Shown here piece after piece: positions 57,977-64,000 of a stretch of DNA of 64,000 bases (positions within the stretch are counted from its first letter, which is position 1; each line of letters starts with the position of its first letter). The stretch is from positions 2,912,001 to 2,976,000 of the forward strand of contig OY761614.1 in NCBI GenBank assembly GCA_963664825.1, in the 5' to 3' direction. The DNA comes from an uncultured Holophaga sp. Lineage in GTDB: Bacteria; Acidobacteriota; Holophagae; Holophagales; Holophagaceae. The position numbers and the translations under genes were made by a program. Below the pieces are notes generated by a model. It was not told where the DNA came from, ran no database searches, and was given only the letters and a program-made list of their open reading frames with translations.

Positions 57977-59044
57977 TCACGCCTTCTTTCTGAAGACGAA
58001 TTCCGCCTTGCTTGCCATCAGATTGAACTTCGACACATACCGCTCCATAGAAAACTGCATGGCGCCATTCCCTCTTGCTTTTGGGTTCCCGCGTCGAGCA
58101 ATGTCCGGGTCGCAAAGTTGGGTGATGGTTTCCAGGATCTCGTCGCGAAATTCGGGATCAATGGCGGGCCGTAGTCGTTCTATCACTGTGCCGAATGATT
58201 TTTTTATTACAGGCAAAACTTCCATATAGGTCCCAGTCCAGTCGCCGCTCCATGTTCTGGGCCGATGTGAAACGGGAGTTACATTCATTAATTCTGGGGT
58301 CATCGCCGTGCCGGCGAAGAAGTAGACAACCATGCTCCCGAGAAGGTATAGATCGCAGCCATGCCGACGCACGTACCAATTGTCGCTGATGTGATTGAAC
58401 AGCAATTCTGGGGGTGCGTAGCGCAAATCACCTTGAACGGGATGAATCTCATGAGGCGGTTTTTTCCCCTGGGCTGCTGCGCGCCCCATGTCCGTGATCT
58501 TAGAAACGTTGTCGTTGAACACGAGCACGTTGGAAGGTTTCAAGTCCTGGTGTGCAATCGCCTGTTTGTGTAATTGCCACAAGCCGGTAGCGATGTGATG
58601 GAGGGCCCGAAGTCTGAGTGCGATGTCAAATCTCCGGGAGAAATCAATTTGAGATCTGACATCTCCATCTGCCAATTCAAAGATTAGATAGGGGACAGCG
58701 CCTGCATCACCTGCATCCGCGATTCGTGTCGTTCCATCCGCAATTGCTGTGGCTATCTTGTCGAGGCGACGATCCCGGCATAGATTCAATATGTCTCTTT
58801 CAAAATTGTACCCTTCGGTGAGGGCTTGGATTGCACGGGCGGGATCGGCGGACCCTAGGGCGGAGGAAATATCGAGAGCTTTCAGGAATGCCTTCCGGCC
58901 CTTCTCGTCCTCGACAAAATACCCCACGGAAAAAGATCCGCCTGTAGAACTGGGGCCCCTGGAATGCCTTTCGATGACCTTCCATCCACCATCAAGGGTC
59001 AACCCAATCAATCTCTCAGCAGGCTTCAGGGCAGGAGTGGGCAT
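57977..59044 (-). CDS. Hanks-type Ser/Thr protein kinase (soluble, non-RD)
   Basis: GGSFSVGY, AFLKAL, HQDLKPSNVL, DMG, YAPPE and DLYLLG motifs; GAGGA RBS before ATG 59044. Confidence 0.9.
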   Translation of the reverse strand: MPTPALKPAERLIGLTLDGGWKVIERHSRGPSSTGGSFSVGYFVEDEKGRKAFLKALDISSALGSADPARAIQALTEGYNFERDILNLCRDRRLDKIATAIADGTTRIADAGDAGAVPYLIFELADGDVRSQIDFSRRFDIALRLRALHHIATGLWQLHKQAIAHQDLKPSNVLVFNDNVSKITDMGRAAAQGKKPPHEIHPVQGDLRYAPPELLFNHISDNWYVRRHGCDLYLLGSMVVYFFAGTAMTPELMNVTPVSHRPRTWSGDWTGTYMEVLPVIKKSFGTVIERLRPAIDPEFRDEILETITQLCDPDIARRGNPKARGNGAMQFSMERYVSKFNLMASKAEFVFRKKA

Positions 59045-59133
59045 TTGGTTCCTCGGAAGTAATCTATTCGCTAAGCTTGGTGAATGGTATCTATTTTCAG
59101 CAAAAGGGACGTCATTCCGGCTCACTCGGCCAA

Positions 59134-59439
59134 TTAAACCCGGGGATAGGCGAACTTCAGGCCCAGCATCTCCGCATAATCCTTGGCCTGCTGGAGGTCG
59201 TCCGAGGCGGCCTTGTACTCGGCCTTCGCTTCCACTATTGCGATGGGGAAGTCGCGCCGGAAGCGAAGCAAGTAGTCCACCCGCTTTGGAGGGCGACGGA
59301 TGAATCCTTTGCCGACAGAAACGATCCGACCATCCGTGATGGACCTCTGTTCCGCGATGGAATGAGGTTCGGCGTCCCAGCCCGCCACCTGAAGCAGGGG
59401 GACGACAAACTTCCTACAGGTGTCGGCTTCAGTGGGCAT
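59134..59439 (-). pseudogene. Truncated type I restriction subunit HsdR, N-terminal nuclease fragment
   Basis: EADTCRKFV.P.L..AGW, DYLL, AIVEAK...QQAKDYAE.LGLKFAY, then a premature stop. Confidence 0.85.
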
Positions 59440-59589
59440 GGTTTGGCGATCAGGGTCTCGGTGAAAAGGGCGATTCTCGTTTCACTCTATCGCTTATGAG
59501 GAGATTTGCTGAGCCGTTTATTCCTTGGTTGGTATTTTCCTGCGAGCCCATCGAAACCAAGAAGGGCCAGGGCATTATCTTCATCGACG

Positions 59590-59829
59590 GCCGCCAAGAC
59601 CGCCTTCGCGGGACTCCTTCAGGGCTCCACCCTCAATGGCGATCAGATCGACTTCTTGGACATTATGATTAACCGTCTCACCGAGCACGGCGCCATGGAT
59701 CCGGCACTGCTCCACGAATCGGCCTACACGGACATCAGCCCCAAGGGGATGGAGGGAGTGTTTGATCCTCCGCAGGTGGAGCTGCTGCTTGGATTATTGG
59801 CGGATGTGCGGCAGAGAACGGTGGCGTAA
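59590..59829 (+). pseudogene. HsdR C-terminal (EcoEI_R_C-like) fragment
   Basis: AAK.AF...L....QIDFL..II..LTEHG.M.PALL.ES..TD..P.G..GVF; no start or upstream domains. Confidence 0.75.
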
Positions 59830-59877
59830 AATGCAAGTATTATTATTTTTAATATTGGCTTGCGCAAATTTACATGA

Positions 59878-60510
59878 TCATGGGTTATCTATCCCAAGAT
59901 CTGGCATCGATTCATAAACTGTTGCAACTTCTTTTATACCAAATAAATACAATTCGCCATTGATGGCAGCTATATCCATTACATCACTTGAATCATAATC
60001 ATTCGAATTTGTTTCATGATTATGACCAGACGCAATATTATCGTTATTTTTGTCAATTTTTGCTTTTTTTATTATAGATTCGTCAAATTTTCTTATTGCT
60101 TCTGACAAGTCCGACGATTTGCCCTTAAACACCAGCTTTGGATCAACACGTATTATTGTGCGCACCCCAGCCGTTGTCTTCATGCCTTTAGGTCTTACAA
60201 TAACGCCTGATTTTTCTAACCCCCTAAGTGCCCTATTGTATGCCTGAGGACACATTCCTAATTCGGGTGCCAGTTCCGTTTGTGCCAAAAAAATCCAGTT
60301 ACTAAACTGCATTTTGGCAATTAGATGCAGTAATACCTTTAGTTGAACCGGAGTAACTTTTTTCGATGTTGATGAGGTTATTACAGACAACAACTTGGTC
60401 TGCTTAAGGGTTACCCAGGCAGCTGCAGGTATTATTCGATCATCCATAATGGTTGAATCATCGACGCAACCGCTATCTTGAGATCCATTCCCCGTCTCAG
60501 GCTTTGACAT
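59878..60510 (-). CDS. RepL-like winged-helix protein
   Basis: QTELA.ELGM....NRALR.L...GVI followed by VDP.L.FKG; AT-rich sequence. Confidence 0.6.
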   Translation of the reverse strand: MSKPETGNGSQDSGCVDDSTIMDDRIIPAAAWVTLKQTKLLSVITSSTSKKVTPVQLKVLLHLIAKMQFSNWIFLAQTELAPELGMCPQAYNRALRGLEKSGVIVRPKGMKTTAGVRTIIRVDPKLVFKGKSSDLSEAIRKFDESIIKKAKIDKNNDNIASGHNHETNSNDYDSSDVMDIAAINGELYLFGIKEVATVYESMPDLGIDNP

Positions 60511-60883
60511 AACTCACCTACTCCGCCAGACACAAACACGAACCACACATACAGCTCAAAGCACTCCAAACGGGTCAATTAACCCTGGGGTTAATGGGGA
60601 AGGTCATAATATAGAATAGCCATGGGCTACCCACGTGTCAAATAGGCAATTAACTTGTGTACCCGCAGCACTTTAGACATCGCCCATAACCTACAAAGTA
60701 GGAATCCGCTAAGCGTAGGAGCGTAATCGGTTCGTTTTGAGTTGGTCTCATGGAGGAGTCGAGGCCTCCGACACTCCAGAGTCTGAACCACAATCCGAAC
60801 CCATCCTCCGAATGCAGGTGGTCTCTACCCAATCCCATTTGAAATGGGATGCGGAGGTGGAACTTTATCCCGAAGGAGCAAGT

Positions 60884-61168
60884 GTGTTGCCACGTAAACA
60901 GCCGAACACCCTGACACCAGATCAAAATGCGAGTCCCTCCGCACTAGAGTGCCTCCACCTCATCACTCAATACCCAAATCGCTACCTGAAGACCCCCCAA
61001 GCCGCCATCTACCTTGGGCTTTCCGCCCGATACCTTGAAGGCCTTCGCTGTGCGGGTGGAGGGCCACCATTCATCAAGCTGGCACCCCGAAAAGTGGTCT
61101 ACGACCTCCTGGACCTCGACGCTTGGGCTGATAGCTACCGTCGCCGAAATACGGCTCAGGAGGGATGA
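60884..61168 (+). CDS. Excisionase/AlpA-like HTH protein
   Basis: YLKT.QAA.YLGLS...L...R..GGGPPFIK...V.Y...DLDAW; AAGGAG RBS before GTG 60884. Confidence 0.8.
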   Translation: MLPRKQPNTLTPDQNASPSALECLHLITQYPNRYLKTPQAAIYLGLSARYLEGLRCAGGGPPFIKLAPRKVVYDLLDLDAWADSYRRRNTAQEG

Positions 61169-61989
61169 TCATGCCGCGGGAAAGTCGACTCTCAGAACCC
61201 CTCCCCTGGTATCCCTGGCAGCCCCTCCTGTGGCAGGCCGACCGTGTGGTCCAAAAGCTGTCCTGGGCCGAACGCGGGCTGCTGCGGGAGCTGCAGGACG
61301 AGTGCTACCTCAGACGCAGCATCCCACCCGATCTGGATGCCCTGGCGGATCTCCTGGCCGTAGAACCGGGAGAGATTGTCGAGTTCCTGCCAAAGGTACT
61401 TCGCCACTTCAAACCGACAGAGGGAGGGCGCTTGGTCAGTCCCCTGATCGAAGGGATTCACGAAAAGCAGGATGAGGCCCGCTTGAAGCAGTCCTTCCGG
61501 CGTCTAAAACAACCCTCTTCAAATTTCCGGCCTTATCCAGGGACCACCGCGGACACCTGCGGACCAGGAGAAGAGGAGATAGAGATAGAAAATAACAATA
61601 AACGGAAGAAAGATACTCCTGCGGGGTATTGCCCAGAGGCGGCGCTGCCGACTCCTGGGCAGGACGACACCGGCCTCACTCTTCCCTGCAATGGAAGCGG
61701 GCCACAGAGTTGGCCCATAACACCCCAACTGCTCTCTAAGTGGGCGCTGGCATTCCCCGGAGTCAACCTCCAAGCTGAGAGTCAAAAAATGCGCCTCTGG
61801 TTGGAGCAAAACCCCAAAAAGGGCAAAACCTACGCTGGAATGTCGCGATTCACGCTGGCATGGCTTTCTCGGTCCCAGGACCAGGGAGGCTCTTCCCGCG
61901 AAGGTAATTCCATGAGGAAGAGGCCCGAGTCAGACCTGAGCGCTCAACTCGAACAAATCGATTGGAATGGAGATGTAAATGCACAATAG
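61165..61989 (+). CDS. Phage-type replication initiator (YdaU/DUF1376-like N-terminus)
   Basis: LPWYPW....W.AD.....LS..ERG...L; C-terminal W...FP.V......KM..WL..NP.K.KT..G..RF...WL.R.QD. Confidence 0.7.
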   Translation: MIMPRESRLSEPLPWYPWQPLLWQADRVVQKLSWAERGLLRELQDECYLRRSIPPDLDALADLLAVEPGEIVEFLPKVLRHFKPTEGGRLVSPLIEGIHEKQDEARLKQSFRRLKQPSSNFRPYPGTTADTCGPGEEEIEIENNNKRKKDTPAGYCPEAALPTPGQDDTGLTLPCNGSGPQSWPITPQLLSKWALAFPGVNLQAESQKMRLWLEQNPKKGKTYAGMSRFTLAWLSRSQDQGGSSREGNSMRKRPESDLSAQLEQIDWNGDVNAQ

Positions 61990-62560
61990 GACGCTGTTTC
62001 TGCTCGAACATATTGGGCTTGCCCCAAAGGAACTGAATTACCTGGGTCAAGAGGCCATCCTGCAGGTTCCCCACCGTCCGAGTGGGTACGGCTTGGTTGG
62101 TAGCACGGGCACAGGTAAGACCTGCCATTTGGCCCGAGGGTTAGGGCAGACGATCGAGGCCATAGTTTTGGTGGCACCTGAACCTGCCCGCGCTTGTCTC
62201 CCCCGGAATGGATTTCGCTGGATTAATTGGCCTATGCGTGTTGAGAAAATCAAGCGTCTGGTCTCGAACAAACAATTCCAAGATATCGACGAAATAGTCT
62301 CAAGCCTCGCAGACGTGGGGCAGCTCTATCTCGATGATCTCGGGCGGGAGCGCATCGCCAATGACCATGACTATGGTGTTGGAATCCTCGCCGAGATTAT
62401 CGACCACCGCTACCGGCACAACCTGCCAATCTTCTGGAGCTCAAATTTCGCCCCTCAGGAACTCCTGGGGAAGTATCATGACGCGATCATCAGCAGGCTC
62501 GTCTCAACTTGGCCGCCAATCGTGATCAAGGGGAAGGACTTGAGGCTGCCTGAACGCTAA
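61979..62560 (+). CDS. DnaC/IstB-like AAA+ ATPase (helicase loader)
   Basis: GSTGTGKT, LYLDDLGRE, IID.RY, SSN and SRL motifs. Confidence 0.82.
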   Translation: MHNRTLFLLEHIGLAPKELNYLGQEAILQVPHRPSGYGLVGSTGTGKTCHLARGLGQTIEAIVLVAPEPARACLPRNGFRWINWPMRVEKIKRLVSNKQFQDIDEIVSSLADVGQLYLDDLGRERIANDHDYGVGILAEIIDHRYRHNLPIFWSSNFAPQELLGKYHDAIISRLVSTWPPIVIKGKDLRLPER

Positions 62561-62751
62561 GCCTTCAGTCTTGGAGACTGGTGGCCTCGTTCGTGGAAGC
62601 AGCCACCCGGAATGGCCATCCATGGCATGAGAGTCCGGAAGAGCTAAAGGGTCGCAATGGTCTTCTGTGGAGACTTCGAGACTGGGGAATCTGGCCGTTG
62701 CCTGAGCAATTGAAGGGCTGAATCTGTTGAGAAAGGGCCGGGGCAACCCGG

Positions 62752-62769
62752 TAATGCCGCTCACTTAGG
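62752..62769. mobile_element. IS4 terminal inverted repeat
   Basis: TAATGCCGCTCACTTAGG resembles the IS4 end TAATGCCGATCAGTTAAG and overlaps the transposase stop codon. Confidence 0.75.
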
Positions 62770-64000
62770 GATTTTATAGACAAAACGGACGTCGTATCTC
62801 GATGGTCGTGATTTGACGAGGCGGGGGCATTGTCGCCCCCGCCTCTCCTCTTTGAGGGCTTCCTTGAGCTGTTCGCGCAGGCGGTGCAGCATGCCTGGGA
62901 TGTTGCCGACAGCCTTGGTCATAGCGGCGAACAGAAGCTGGTGCTGGACGTAATGCAGGGCGCGGATGAAGCTCAGGTCTGTGGGCTGGGCCTTCGCCTC
63001 CAGGGCAGCCTTCGCCATTTCCAGGCGCGCGAGGTTGTAAGCGATCAGGGCCCCCCAGATCTCCTGAGCGATGCCTTCGGGATCCTGACTCCGCAGAGTC
63101 AGTGGGCCGCCCAGCATCGTCTGCTTCAGTTCGCGGTAGCTCGTCTCCACCTCCCAGCGCCGCAGGTCGCAGGCCGCGATGTCGGAAGCTGTGAACCTCC
63201 TCCGATCCATCAACGAGGTCAGTAGGATGCGTTCCCTGCCGTCGGGCAGCACCGTGCGGATGGCCCGGGCCTCCCAGGTTTCGGGAAGCTCCGGGTGCTT
63301 CTTCCGTGCCTGGGGCGAGACCTTCATCTGCACGATGGCATCATCAGATGTGCCGGAGATGACTTCCCACTTCGTGTGGGCCTTGGACGGAATGAGGAAA
63401 TGGCGCTGCTCGCCGTGCAGGGTCAGTCCAAGCAGGATGGCGGCCGAGAAGAATCCCTTGTCGAATACCGTGAGCGAGCGGTCGGGGATGCGAGGGACGA
63501 GTTCCTCGGCGTAGCGCATCTCATTGGTGTCGTATTCCCCGAAGGCCATGTCGGCCACGAGGCGCGTGGGCAGGGCCATCAGGCTGACACCGCGCACCTG
63601 CGGATAGCTCGCGGCCTTCCCGCTGGCATAGCCCTGGGCCCCGAAGAACGCGCGGTTCTCGGGGCTGTCGGGCGTCCGGAAGGTCGTGCCATCCATGGCC
63701 CAGAGCGACAGCCCTTTCCATACGTAGGAGGATGCATCCAGAGCGCACCAGGACTGGGCCGTTCGCTCGAACAGCAGCGCCAGTGGCTTCGCGCCCAGGC
63801 GCTGGCGGGCCTGGGAAATGCCGGCCCGCGTGATTGGGGAGGATGTCCCGTTCGGGAGCACCAGATCGAGGGATTCCAGCACCTCGGACATGGATGTGCC
63901 GCGATAGAGGGCGAGGGCGATCACCAGCCAGACGACCTGCTCCGCAGGCAACCGACGGCGACGGATGCTCGCCGTGCCCGTGCGCGACAAAGACTCCTCA
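62761..64000 (-). mobile_element. IS4 family transposase (5' end outside window)
   Basis: RRRRLPAEQVVWLVI, ARQRLG, DGTT, FDKGF and RWEVE..YRELK (DDE/YREK) motifs. Confidence 0.93.

Larger units (their letters stand above)
50636..64000. mobile_element. Integrative mobilizable element inserted at tRNA-Met (right end outside window)
   Basis: Gene content and composition change right after the tRNA CCA; relaxase, T4CP, RadC, hsdR remnants, excisionase-like, replication genes and an IS4. Confidence 0.8.

Noticed and set aside
59506..59589. N-terminal part of ORF 59506-59829 as a real gene start
   Set aside because: Only the portion from ~59590 resembles HsdR; the upstream part looks like fortuitous open frame.
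61979..62560. IS21 istB helper gene
   Set aside because: No istA transposase adjacent; coupled instead to a phage-type initiator, so DnaC-like.

Overview
GC-rich bacterial chromosome segment. Gene content (LpxK, FadL, TonB receptor, BshA, MglA-like GTPase, class I aldolase, 2-oxoacid:ferredoxin oxidoreductase) suggests a Gram-negative anaerobe such as Holophagae/Acidobacteriota; this is inference only. The window has three parts. (1) 1-421 is the right end of a decayed element integrated at tRNA-Cys: a 3' tRNA-Cys fragment (att), an integrase N-terminal stub and an IS5 transposase fragment. (2) ~515-50635 is mostly housekeeping backbone (lpxK, uvrC, scpA, lexA, coaX, birA, nnr, tsaE, rmuC, pepA, phosphohexomutase, DivIVA, bshA, three tRNAs). 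It also carries a coupled ECF transporter-DUF364-XdhC-TonB receptor operon and several short structured repeats. (3) 50636 to the window end is an integrative mobilizable element inserted at tRNA-Met. It encodes an RHH protein, a HUH relaxase, a VirD4-like coupling protein, RadC, an AT-richer Ser/Thr kinase + TPR protein cassette next to two type I hsdR remnants, a RepL-like protein, an excisionase-like HTH, a phage-type replication pair and an IS4. The best candidates for an undescribed system are the kinase-TPR cassette (putative anti-phage defence) and the ECF/TonB receptor/DUF364/XdhC operon (putative Mo/W-cofactor-linked uptake).
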